NCBI GenBank assembly: GCA_040954595.2
Contig: CM082582.2
Location: 9,601,483-9,665,482 of the forward strand
DNA: 64,000 nucleotides
Direction: 5' to 3'
From: Balanoglossus misakiensis
Taxonomy: Eukaryota; Animalia; Hemichordata
The notes below the pieces were generated by a model. The model saw nothing but the letters and a program-made list of their open reading frames with translations. It did not search any database and was not told the origin of the DNA. A program made the position numbers and the translations under genes. Shown here piece by piece: positions 43,924 to 56,400 of the stretch (the stretch's first letter is position 1; each line of letters begins with the position of its first letter).

Positions 43924-46900
43924 ATGTCAGGGTGGGGGAGGCGGGCCACTGGCCGTATTGAGAGAACCCAGTTCGAAGATGATGAACTTCTGAAGTCGCT
44001 GGAAGGCAGAGTGAACATCGAAGTGAAGCCAGCGGAATACGACCAGTGGTCAAGAACCGGCGTACAACAGTTGCTTCAGAAACAGAGAAGTAAACATCAA
44101 CAGGCATCGACCAGCAGGACGGGATCTGGTATGTATTCTACCCGCGTTTATAAAGGGAAAGATTGACCATCTTGTGATATCATTTGCTAGCAGTTGTTAG
44201 ACTGGCACTTATGCACATAGTAATAATTTGCATTTTCGTCAATGACAAAACGATGAGTTTCTTTTGTTTTCCAAAATTAAAGGGTATCAACTGATACTCT
44301 TTAATTTCTCTAGGGAGAACACTTCAGGTACTTTTTTTAAATGTGGGTTAATAGTATCACACATAGTGTGACTGTGAGCATTGAATTATAGTATACATAT
44401 ATTGCCAGCCATACTCTATCCCATCACATTGTAAAATTTTCCAGTGAGTACCTTTTTGTTTTGACGCTGTGTGCTTTTATTTTGAATTTATCCCCTTTGC
44501 GCTACCCTTTCCCAAGATGAGAAACCCTCCAAGGGTAAAGGTATTGGATTCTGGTCATACAGTGACTGTGTGACCATTTCATGTCTCGTACACACTTATT
44601 ATGTATTGTTGTTTACACAATCACAGTCTGACACATACATGTACACATGCAGTCTGCTATATTTGTCGTGTGTCGGCCGCAGCTGCTGTCAAAGCCCGTA
44701 CTGTCTCTGATGTGCTTGTGTTACTGCCTCCTGTGTGATGCTGCTTGAAGCACTTTGCATGTCTGTTTTGCAAGTTTTTATCTACCATTGGTTGATAATA
44801 ACCCAACTAATCAATCCAACAAGCAGGCAGCTTTCTTTTATGCAGTGCAAGGTCATATTATTTGACAACAAACACTGATTTGACCTCGGTGGAGTGAACC
44901 GTGATTTGACCAACCTTGTAAGGTTCAACTGTTACATTTTTGCATTATTTTATGTGTTATCTAACACTTGCACCGTCTTATGTTATCCATACCGAGCAAT
45001 TATGTACAGTTATATGTACAGTTTGAAACTAAAACACTAGCATTTTTTGTATTTTTTGCTCAAAAAAAGCTAATATGGCATGCTGAAGCACTTTTTTTGT
45101 TTCCTTTTTGCTCCCCTGTGTGTGTGATTGCTTAGCTCACCGAGTAACCTTCAAGCTACCCCCATCCTCAACTTCTGCCTCAACCGCAAAGACCTCCGCT
45201 GCGCCTACCACTGTCGCAGCCGCTAACATCACCAAAACAGCTGCAGCAGCAGCCGCAAGCACAAATGTGGCCAAAGCAACAACGCCGGTCGCTGCTCCTG
45301 CGCAGGCCGCTGGGCAAATACAATTAACTGTCTCACCTCCCGGCGCAGCGTGCTCGTCGAGTTGCCGTCACCCGTGGAACAAGAAGGTGGTCAACTACGA
45401 TGATGAGTACGAGAGGCAGAAGCAGAGAGAGATGGCGGTGGTGCAGATACAGATCAAAGCCAGGAAGAAATCAGTGGAGAATTACCGAGCCAGGCAGGAA
45501 CAACTGTATCCTTTGCTTGCACAGATGCGGTTGAAGTTTGTCATGATATGCTGAGATTTTGTTTTTACACAATAGTCTTTGGGGAACTTGATTTGCACAC
45601 CTGAGCTATTTTTACCTTAACATGACCCCCAATGCAGTATAAACGATAACATCTCTTTCAGGGAAAGTATTGAATTGGGAGAGAAAGGAACGGTAAGTTT
45701 GAATGTTTCAAAGTGTTTTACTGGTGAACAATGTTCAGTGCCATCATACAACTTGCATCTGTTCAACAGAACACATATCACTAGAAAATCTTGTATTCCT
45801 GTTTCTCATATTACACACATGTATGTTATTGCAGCACAAAGAAGTCAAAGATCTCTTGAAGAAATACGAAAGATTTAGGGTAAGCATCACAGATACCCAC
45901 TGACACTCATATTATACTTTTAACAACTTGCACAAAGACTCGTCTACAGTGTTTTCTCTCTGTCATGATGCTAAAATTATTTCAGATGGTACGAATACAC
46001 ATTTTCTCTTCTTTTCAATTTCCATTGAAATCAAAGAACGGAAAACGTAACTTAGTAAGTCTGCATGTGAAATGGTGCCTCGGCACATGGCTGTGTGCAG
46101 CCAGACAACCCCTCCAACTTCAACCCCACCCAACCCTTTCCCCCACCAACCATGGCAATACTGGTTCCCTATTAGCCAAACACTGCAGTTTGTACAAGAA
46201 AGAGACTGCTGCATTGTTTTTGTTTGGTGTGAATACCTACTGCATGAAATTCTGGAATTGTCATCTCTGCATTGAAAGAAATGGGAATCAGTTTGATTAT
46301 GCAGTGTTTTTCATTTCAGATTTGCATTCCATCCTGTCACCTTTGCCATAAGCATATATGTTCTGAGAGATCTGTGATTGTTTCCCCACAGGGCGCTGTG
46401 CAAAATCTGAACCACAAATTCGACAAAGAGAGGGAGTCAGCCACCAAGGCCTTGCAAGAAGCAACAGAGAAAGTGAACTCTGACCTCCATGGTAAGTAAA
46501 TTATAACATTGACATATTTTGCTGTTTAGACACCTATTCATGTATTTGGCAGATGTTGTCTCACCCCACAGAGATCATCAGATGTTTGCGCTTCAACCTC
46601 CAGGTCTCCAGAGTGAAGTCGAGAAACTGGACGGCATTCTCCAGAAGCAGCAGGCTGAACTGAAGATCCTCAGAAGTTACAAAGACAAGGAGTATCCGGT
46701 GAAAGCCATGAAGATAGAGGAGCTTCAGAAGCAGATTGAGATGCTCTCTGTAGACAACGAGGTGTGTATGAGTGCACAGAGTTGGTACAAAGTCGACATT
46801 GATTCCAACAGACATTGTTGAATATAATGAAATGACATAATGTTCTCTCCACACAGGATGAAATGAATGAACTTGAGAGTATTATTGCAATTGAAAAAGA

Positions 46901-47472
46901 GAAATTTTCCAAGGCGGACAGAGACATGGAACACCAGATCAAATCAGACGTCACAGAAAAGGCGATCGGAGCCATGCACGAAACTTTGAAAGACATGGCG
47001 CTTCAGAATATGGTGATGAAAAAGGTGAGAGGTGCAGTCTATTCAGTGTGTTTGCCATCTTGTAAACAGGCAAGTATCATTAACAAGAAGGGAGGAATTA
47101 TTTACTTTCTGTGTTTTTTGTAGGAAATCGAGGAACACAAGATAAAAATTGTTGAATTGGGAGAAACAAACCGACAACTGGAAGAAGAAGTGAGGTTGCT
47201 CTTAGCTGATCCTAAAACGGACGTTAGAAGACAGGTCTATCCTCATTTGTATCCAAGGGAACCAAAGTAAGTGAACAGACAGGGGATTTTGTGACTGTCA
47301 TTGTTGGATGAAAATCATTGACTGGTAGAAAGTAAATATGCCTGTCTATTCTTAGTTGTTGTATCAGTGGATTTGCTACACAATTTCATTCTCTCTTGTA
47401 TTTCTCCGCAGATGTACACCAGACATGGATGTTATACTCGACATACCAACCCAAGAGTGGTTGCCAATTTAG
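43924..47472 (+). CDS. C20orf96: C20orf96 homolog (coiled-coil protein)
   Basis: Exons 43924-44128, (possible microexons 44517-44534 and 44683-44697), 45136-45505, 45638-45692, 45835-45879, ~46392-46491, ~46604-46761, ~46857-47024, ~47124-47266, ~47412-47472. SYKDKEYPVKAMKI and C-terminal PKCTPDMDVILDIPTQEWLPI* resemble C20orf96. Confidence 0.82.
45506..45637 (+). other. U12-type (minor spliceosome) GT-AG intron
   Basis: 5' splice site GTATCCTTT. Branch TTTACCTTAAC at 45611-45621, ~16 nt before the CAG acceptor, with no polypyrimidine tract. Removal keeps the frame (RQEQL|INDNISFRESIELGEKGT). Confidence 0.85.
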
Positions 47473-48444
47473 CGGTTTAGAATTCATCACAAAGAAAATT
47501 GAATTTTATTTTCCTACTTAAGTATGTTTGTCTACTACTGATGCAACCCAGTTGGGCCGTTTGTCTGATGAACCCATCGACAAGGCTGCAAGTTTTCAGT
47601 GCCGTCCATTGAATCGTCCATCCACCCTTTTGGTGAATAACCTACAAACAGGGATCATGTCAAGATTTGAAATGAAAAAAAACAACACTCCAAGCCAAAT
47701 TTTATGAAATTATCATGAATATGATATAAAATTGAAAATAGCTGTAAATATTTATAAATTTAGTGATAATTCAACAAAACCAATAAGAAAATTTTAATAT
47801 TTCTACAGCTTGTATATATGCAGTAGCTATGTGTATTTTAGGAGACATTTGTAAATATCTAGATTTGTGGTTTTAATATTCGGCATTTTAAAGACAGAGC
47901 TACCATGAGTATTGTTGTACAATAAAATGGCGGATCTTTTTATACCAAAATACTTTTTTGAATGTTAGCTGTGTTCCTTTCTTGTCACTTTATACCCTCT
48001 CACTCACATAACACATCCAAGCCGACACAAAGACTCTACGCTTTACTTGCATTTTTTATTCTTTCGTTAATTTGTTTTGCAAACTGGCACCACAAAACGG
48101 TACCCTCCAAGACCAAACCTACATACAAATTAATTCACACTTCCACACAAAGGAGAAAGCGGAAGGTTCGAATTTACACGTTAAAGATGTACTGTTGATT
48201 CGAATTTACAATATTAAAGATGTAACGTCAAACTAAACACAACACGCACCGCGGGTCACTGCTTGGTTAAATATATGGATGATAGAACTTTGTGTGTAAA
48301 AACCAGAAAAAAGAGGGACTCACAGGAATATAACTTTAAATTAGGATTTTTCCCTTTGTTGTGAATTGCAGATATATCATCCCTGAATCATGAATGCGAC
48401 TTTGGTCAAAACGATAAAAAGATGATCTATGTTTAGACTGCTAG

Positions 48445-49211
48445 TTACTTCTTCCACTCGTTTTTGTCGTAGTCCCATTTCGATGCGATGCCTTCGATCG
48501 GCTGGTTGCGCATCTTGATCATGTATTCCCGCTGCTTCTCCTGCCATTCGTCGTTGAGCGTGTGTGGCGGTGGGGGTAAAACTGAAATATGCAAAGAGAT
48601 GGTGTTATTATTTATCCTCATTTGATATGCGCATATTTCCAAGTGTTTGACTCGCTTGTCGATTTCCAATATTTTATAGCAGTGATCTGTGCTATGCCCA
48701 TTTCATCCATCAATGTTGGTCTACTTACTGTATTCCTTCTGGAATAGATAGAGTCCTGCTGAAAGGGCTATGGAGAAAAAGATTCCACCGATGATGACTT
48801 TCCATTCACCTGTGGGTGCATTCATGTCTGCATAACTCTTATGGAAAGCAAGTCGGTACACTGCAAGAAAGACCAGATAAGAACTGAGTATGCTCCTTTA
48901 GAAGTCGATTCAGGAATTCTACATGTACATATCTGTTGATATCTTACTATCACTGAAAACTGTCAATGTAGCAAGTATGTTGTGGTGAGAAGGTACTTAC
49001 ACGCCCTCTTGTCTTCTTTGGACAAATTTTTCCAGTCTCCCAGTTCTTTCTCTCGAAGAGCTTTGAGGTCTTCTGGGAGGTCAGTGTCATTCCTGTATCG
49101 TATATGTGGAGCTGGGTAGTCTAACCTGTCTTCATACACTCGGTTCATGGCTAGGGACCGCACATTGGTTGAGAATGCCCTCCTTAAGCCCGATCTCAGT
49201 AGCATAGCCAT
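48445..49211 (-). CDS. COX4: Cytochrome c oxidase subunit 4, mitochondrial, 159 aa
   Basis: Exons 49001-49211, 48729-48860, 48445-48581. Presequence, YEDRLDYPAP, LREKELGDWKNLS, LYRLAF..MNAPTGEWK, NQPIEGIASKWDYDKNEWKK. Confidence 0.96.
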
Positions 49212-49299
49212 GGTGACTCTATTTGGAAAATGATGTTAATTTGTAATTAACTGTTTGGTCGTTTATATATGAGCACATGCCCCTCAACTCACAGCTTAC

Positions 49300-50254
49300 T
49301 GTGTGACGGAAGTAGACTCCGACCCCCAGCCTGTTTACACAGTGCTCTGCACGTTCAAGGGTCCCTATTTTAACACTGATGTATACCAATAAATACTTTA
49401 CGAAAAGGTCTGAACGATGGGTTATTTTCTTCTTTCAAGCACTTCATCCGATCGACTTTCTTTTCATCGAAAGAACGTGCGAAATTTAAATGTGGCCTAT
49501 ATATGAATTCCCCTTTACGAGAAGGTCAATGGAGGTCACACACGTAGAATTTGAAAGACCGGCTCCGCGTTCGGTGGAATCGACACGCGAATCTACGCAC
49601 AGAAAGAATGAATTGTGTTTCTACGAAACAGACTTTCTCCGTGACAAAGCATCAAATATTTTGCTAATTTTAGTCTATTCCCACGGTTGTCAAAGAAACG
49701 ATACGTGCACGCCGGCAATAAATCCAACCGCCGTCTCGAAGAATTTCTGATCGTGTTTTCAACAATCAAATAAACTTAGTAAATAGTTCTAAGTTTGAGC
49801 AATATCACCACAGATCGATCTAACCGGTCATGTTTGTTCTTGTGCTAGTGTGCATTATACCATTTCATCAAAATTTTCTGGTAAAAATTGATTTACATCA
49901 TAACACGCTTTCCCTTACCTCTTTCCACAAATACCGGCAATATGGCGGACGCAAAAGAGCTTGCTGATGCATTGTGGGAGTGGGAGATGGCCAAGTGTAG
50001 CCTCGTACAAGAGTCAGAATTTTGCTTTAGTGACTCCCATTACACTACTATGGGCATGGTGCGTGTGGTATAAACTTGCACGGTTCGAGGTAGATGCAAA
50101 TGGCGGACGTGGCCGGATTGTCGTGTACGACATCAACAGTTTCCTAAAACATGTGATGAGTAACAGAATGAGTATTCTTAGACTGACGTCACTAGAGACA
50201 GAAGGAGTTCCTCAGCTCCGCCAGACTGTGTGTAGAGACGAATAGTGTTCATTG
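49300..50254. promoter_or_regulatory. Bidirectional promoter COX4 / SYS1
   Basis: CpG-rich interval between head-to-head genes. ETS motif CGGAAGT at 49307-49313, DR4 AGGTCAatggAGGTCA at 49523-49538, YY1-like AATATGGCGG/AAATGGCGG at ~49939 and ~50098, UTR donors at 49299 (-) and 50255 (+). Confidence 0.6.
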
Positions 50255-50860
50255 GTAAGTCAAACGCCGAGGTTTGTATCTGTCTCCCAAGTATCAAATG
50301 ATCACCAGTTTCAGAATCCTGATCATGGAAATGAATGGTGAAACTGACACAACCTAGATTTCACATTGGAAACCAGGAAGGACACCAGCCATGGTTGACG
50401 TGGACCGCTATATGCATGAAGGATAAGCAGTCAGTAACGGAAGTGAAAATGCTTATCTATTGGAAAATATTTTGCCAACAATTTCAATGCATCACCATTA
50501 TCTGTATTTAGCCAATTAGAATACATGTAGATTTCGATTTGATATCTTTAACCCAAAGTTCCATCTAACAGAAAAGCAAATCCTTCTCTGACCTAACAAA
50601 ATGTTTGTCATAATTTTCAGCATCCATTCTCGTCAAACAAAGCAAGAAAACACAAATTGGCAGAAGTGTGTCACAGAGTGTGTCAATAGACCAAACCACA
50701 ACAGAGATCTGCTGTGACTGGACTTCATGGAGAAGACCCATCATGCAACAGTGTTGTTCCACATCTGACGGATCTGTGCTAATACTGTGACAACATTGCT
50801 TGTGCAATTTTTCGGAAATTTTCTTTTAAAAGAACCTATTTGAAATATTTATTCCCGGCC

Positions 50861-51675
50861 ATGGCTGGTTCATTCAGGACTAACGTATGGGATCCGGGAC
50901 TGATTGTGTCCCAGATGCTGGCAATGCAGACATTGTATTACTTCTTCTTGGGACTTTGGTTAGTTTTAGTTGATTTGATATCAAATAGGACGAGGTCTGT
51001 GGATCAGCTGTTCTGTTTCGAGGTAAGTAGTGATTACGGCTGACTGTGATGGACATAAAATCGCAGTTGATTTGTAGATGATTAGAAATATTCCTGTGCT
51101 ACTGACGTATCATTTTCCTGACGCATGTATAATTTCTGTCATTACAGGATCTTGAATTTAAATCCTTCAATGGGAAATTAGTCATGATTGCCTTCGTCCT
51201 CAATTCATTGACTGGGTAAGTCAAACTAGACCATTACTGGTGCATGTGCTTTGTATTGCAAATGACAGATAGTCAGTCTCATTAAAAAGATGGTTCACAA
51301 AGAAGCAGTGAGCATGTTTACAGCTGTCGTTCTTTAAAATCAACTTCGCTTCTCAAACATGTCATGTCAGCCACTGATTTTTTGCACATTTCCGTGGCAA
51401 CTGATACAGTTAACGCTTTTCTCTTGAATAGCAGTGCTGGAGGACTGTGGCTGATAGTGCAGAGGACGAGGCAATGTCTGGACTTTGCGGCCACCGTCCA
51501 CCTGTATCATTTAATCATCTGCTGGGTGTACAACGGCAGCTTCCCTCTGACGCTGTCCTGGTGGCTTGTCAATATTGTGTGCCTGGCCATGATGACAGTA
51601 CTGGGCGAGTTCCTCTGCATGAGAAGTGAGATGACCGCCATACCCGTGTCTGTGGGACCCAAGGTGGACCTATGA
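50861..51675 (+). CDS. SYS1: Protein SYS1 homolog (Golgi integral membrane protein), 156 aa
   Basis: Exons 50861-51022, 51148-51215, 51435-51675. MAGSFRTNVWDPGLIVSQMLAMQ, QRTRQCLDF, LGEFLCMRSEM. Confidence 0.96.
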
Positions 51676-52618
51676 GGACAATCTCCGAGTGGACTGCTTT
51701 GGCCGTGTTCATGGTGCTACGACTTTATTTCCTATTAAACAACAAGAGACAATGCTTTCTTTCCAAAGGAAGGAAGGACTAATTGTAAACATTTCCCATG
51801 TGTTAAAATGCTGTAAAAATTGCAATTTAAAGTGATAAGTATTTTTTTTCAGTACAGGCGAATATTCACACACACATGTTTAATAGCCATAATTTGATCC
51901 AAGTTAGTCTTTAATGGCATGGTTGGATCCATGTGTAGCAAAATGGGGGTGGCAGGGTTAATGCATGGGGTGCATTGGTGAAAGAGATTCTTTTCCTCAA
52001 TTGTTCAGCCTTTTTGTAAGGATAAGTAAAAAGCTGACCTTATGTCTTCTGAATAGTAGAATTTGAATTTTATAGTAAATACCACTTCTGTTTTTGTAGA
52101 GTTCTCAGGGCTGTATTGTCAGAATTTACAGGGTCTGATTGAGTATGAAGTTTGTTGGAGAAATGTTCAAATAGGAAGGGTTTGTTATTTTGGAGAAGAC
52201 ATTTAACTCTTACCGAGGGAATAGTAACAACTATACCATTCATATTTAGAGGACCATTATTTTCACTGAATATCATATAGAAAATATTTTTTTCTGTAAA
52301 TAGCAACACAATGGAATCATACAAACACTATTGGATCAAACCATATTGCGATACTGATAAAGTGTATGGGTGTGCGAATCAGCCTTCTTCTTGGAAAATG
52401 TTTTACGGGGTTGTTTTGGTTAAGTGCTACAGGTGGTACAACACAAGATTGGATACACAATGTTCTTTGTAGATCACTTCACAAACAGTTTGTATTATTA
52501 TGTATTGTAAAACCGATAAATAAGATATAAAATTTGATGTCAAGTTGTATGATTGTCAGATCATGTACATCTCACTAAATAGAACCTTTTCTGCCACTGG
52601 TGGCGCTGTCCATTTCCA

Positions 52619-52647
52619 CCCCCCCCCCCCCACACACACACACACAC
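52619..52647. repeat. poly-C plus (CA)n microsatellite
   Basis: C run followed directly by ~8 CA units. Confidence 0.9.
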
Positions 52648-53403
52648 TTACCAATACCATCCCATTTGCTGAAGGAGAGAACCTTCAAGCCAGTATGAAC
52701 TAGCAAATCTCTATCTGATTAATGGGGGCTCTTGAAGCATGTAAAGGAAACCACACTTGGATAGAAGCAAACACGACTCTGATGTGGAAATAGAAACTTT
52801 TAATAATTAACCTAATCAATCAATTCAAACAACTTTTATACAATACTGTACAGTAATTCAATAAAGGCACAATATCTTATAAGATATAATAATCTTGAAC
52901 ATTTACATCATAAAATTGCATTCATATTCAATTTTCACAAAAACTAAAGCAGTTAAAATTCTCTGATAGTCCAAGTTTGCTCATACAACCTGTCTTCCAA
53001 ATAAGGAGGCTTCTTGTTTTAAAATTGTCGCTTCACAATTTAGCATTGCACTGCAGTAACATGGAGGGATAGGAAAGCCCGTCATCTAAATCCCACGTAA
53101 AGTTATGCAAGCGGAGGGAGGAAACTGATTTGGTTTTCAAGTACAGTAGTGTATCCTTCTTCTGAGTAAACTATATATTTCTAAACCAGGAAAGGTTATT
53201 TTGATAACCAGTTATTATGAGATTCTGTAATGCTGAGTTGTCAAAATCTGCTCAAAAGACCAATGTCTAATCATGTTGCAACACACATGTATCTGAAAAA
53301 GATCGGCACACACAACCAATGTATATGTGTGCTGTATGTGTATTGATGATTCGTAGAAGTTTTTTTTGCATATTGCATATCAATACCGGAAAGTTACCAA
53401 TCA

Positions 53404-56400
53404 TCAGTGTCTGTCCATCTGTGACAGATCGCCTGAGTCATGCAGTAGGAGTAATTCTTTCATATCTTCTTGACTGTTGGTAATTGCTTGTTGTAACGCT
53501 GTTACACCATGAGAATCTTGCGAACTGACACTAGCACCATGTTCCAGTAAGAGCTGGGCAACCGACACATGACCATGCTGTGAGGCAATCATCAAAGGTG
53601 TGACCTAAAAAAAAAGACATACATACAATACACCATGCCAACAGAACAGATCCCATGGTATGAAGCCAACACATGACAGAAATGTGGATATCTGTCATCA
53701 AAAATGGGAAAAGTACGAAAACTATTTTTGTTTGATAGGACAAGCTTATCATTCTACGTGTATGTCACATTTTACATACCTTTGTGGTTTTGTCTGTGAT
53801 TTCTGGGTTCATATTGCAGTCAATTAGTAAATATCTGGCCACACAAGTTGCATTGCACTCAGCAGCTACATGTAATACTGTCTTATTGCTGTAGAACCTG
53901 TACATGTCAAAGCCATTCTTGTCTTGCAATCTTTGAAACTGCAAAGTTGGAATGATAAAATAAAGGGAGAATATCACTGAATTATTTTTTTGATTGAGAA
54001 TGATTGAAATTACAAAAGCAGCATTTGAAATAAAGTTCACATGGCTGAAGAGCTATTAACGTACCTGTTGCAAATTGTCCGATCTTACTGAAGCCAGTAA
54101 TTCTGGTACATTTAAATCTATCTCGGTTATAGAGAGTTTCACTGTCTCTTCTGATGATGTCCCATCCAGTCTCCCATTGATCACATTCTTATGACTCAAA
54201 TCCTGGCAGTGCTTTGCCCTCTGTACACCATTACATGTATATCCCGCATCAGCAACCTCGAATTCAGATTCATTGTCATGGATGAAGACACTGTCGTCTT
54301 CGTTGTCCAGTGAATACGTATTACCGATGCTGAAAATCTCCACATCGTCGCACTTTTTCGTGCGAGGCTTACCTCGCCCACTCACACCACCATCATCACT
54401 CGAGTCAGAGAAGCTCTCCACGTCTTCCCCGGAATCCTCCCGCGAACCGCGCAAGTGATGATCACTTGTGCTGAGAGTAATTTCTCCTTCGCTGTAACTC
54501 CCCCTCAGATCATCATCGCTGAGTTCAACCTCTCCATCGCTTTTCTCATTGTTATTGTTATTGCTCTCATCTTTACGTATCTCCCCATTCTGTTTAACAT
54601 CAGTAGTTTGACAGACATGTTCTTGTTCTTGGCGTTCATTGGCGTGCTCAAAATCCTTTGCATCTACTGGCTTTGTGCGACTGTTGACCACTGGATCCTT
54701 TATCCCAAGCATTGAGGCCACCTCTTTGTCCCAGTCCACAGTTTCTTCATCGTCTCCAGACAATGACGCTTCTGTTACAGAAACAGTTGGAACTACATCA
54801 ACAGACAAAACACAGAAATAAAATAGCAAGGTTTTATAATTAACTCAAACGCACCACAGTACAAACAAACCCATGTGTGCAGTGCATTCTACCTTACACA
54901 TATAATGCTTGCAATTTGAATACCAGCATAGTTTCTGAACCCACCTTGTAAATGTGCAGCTAGTCTTTCCTTCCCATGTTCCTTCTGCAGGACAATATCT
55001 CCATGCTCCACCGCCTCGTAGAACACTTTCTTGCGAGCAGCCAGGTGGACTCTCTCCTCCTCGTCCAGCTGGAATATCCTACCTTCAACAATCGGGGCAA
55101 GTTTACTCGCTTGGCTCTCAATGTGTCTGATGCTGGCAGTCTGAGTCAAACTAGCTTTCCTGAACAAGGAAAAGAGAAAATGATATATGATCCATCCCAG
55201 AGGTATTATTACTACATTTTACTAATTAATGAAGTTTAAACAACAACAACAGCAGCCAGTGATGTACATCAAGGTTATCCAATAGCTACTCGTTTTCCCA
55301 TATAATGTCCATTTTCAATCAATTTTCCATTAGCCTATAATAATTATTTTTTCGTTTTCTACTGTTCCGGAAAATCTGCCATCCTTCAAAAAATGGCAAC
55401 TTCTCTTGTGGCTAATCAAAAATTTATATCCCGTAGAAAATAAATCAACTGCCGTAGAAAAAAAGTACAATGACTCTACAATTACTTTGTTATCAGCTTG
55501 ATATAAAAAATAGATTATATAAAAATTACAAGTGGCATTTGCCATGATCATTTTAATAATCCAAGTGTAACAAATGGTAATCGCTATGATTATACAGTAT
55601 ATCATCTATGACAATTTATTTTAAAAATACTGTCACTAAGGTGAAGGTTCTCATCTAAAAGTAATCAACAACAGCAACGACCTATACGAAGACTCAATCG
55701 CAAACCTCGGGTTATTGCTTTGAGTTCTGTAAAATCATACTCTTATTAATTCTATTTGTGTATGATTGCCGTGCGTCACTGTACAAACACAAACCTGGAA
55801 TATATATCATCTCAATTTCATGATTTATTGCAAGGATCAATGAAGGCAGAGTAATTTCAAAGGAAACAAACTTGTTCACCACTAATGCCTGCGAAGTCTT
55901 CAACCCAGGGATTGTAAATTTTACAAAATCTTGACACATGGATGGAAAAGGGGGCAACCACATTAATAACACATGTATTAAAAATATCACACAAATCTTT
56001 TTTTAGAAAAGACTGAAGCTCCCGGCGGAGAAGAATAATAATTGCAAGCTACAATTAATAAAATGCGTCTGCAAAATTAATCAGGTTGTATCAGAATAAT
56101 CAAATAAGTCTTTCCACTGAATTCACCTCAATTTTTGTGGCAAATACACTATTATGACACAAGACAAGGTTTTTATTTTAAAATATTGCAGATTCCATAA
56201 GTTGTTTGTACCTTGCCAGTCCAATGAGACTTTGTCTGTGTCCAGACTTACACGGCTTCAGTCCTTTCACCATTTGGATAGAGTTGAAATGGTTCTGCAC
56301 GATGGTACTCAGAATAGGCCCTTCCTCATCACTGACCAGTCGTTTGCAGTTCTTGAAGGCAGTGTAACCATCTTTGCCCTGAGCTACGTAGGCTTTGGTA

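Noticed and set aside
44314-44327. 14-nt candidate microexon in C20orf96
   Set aside because: Not frame-preserving, and the donor is weak.
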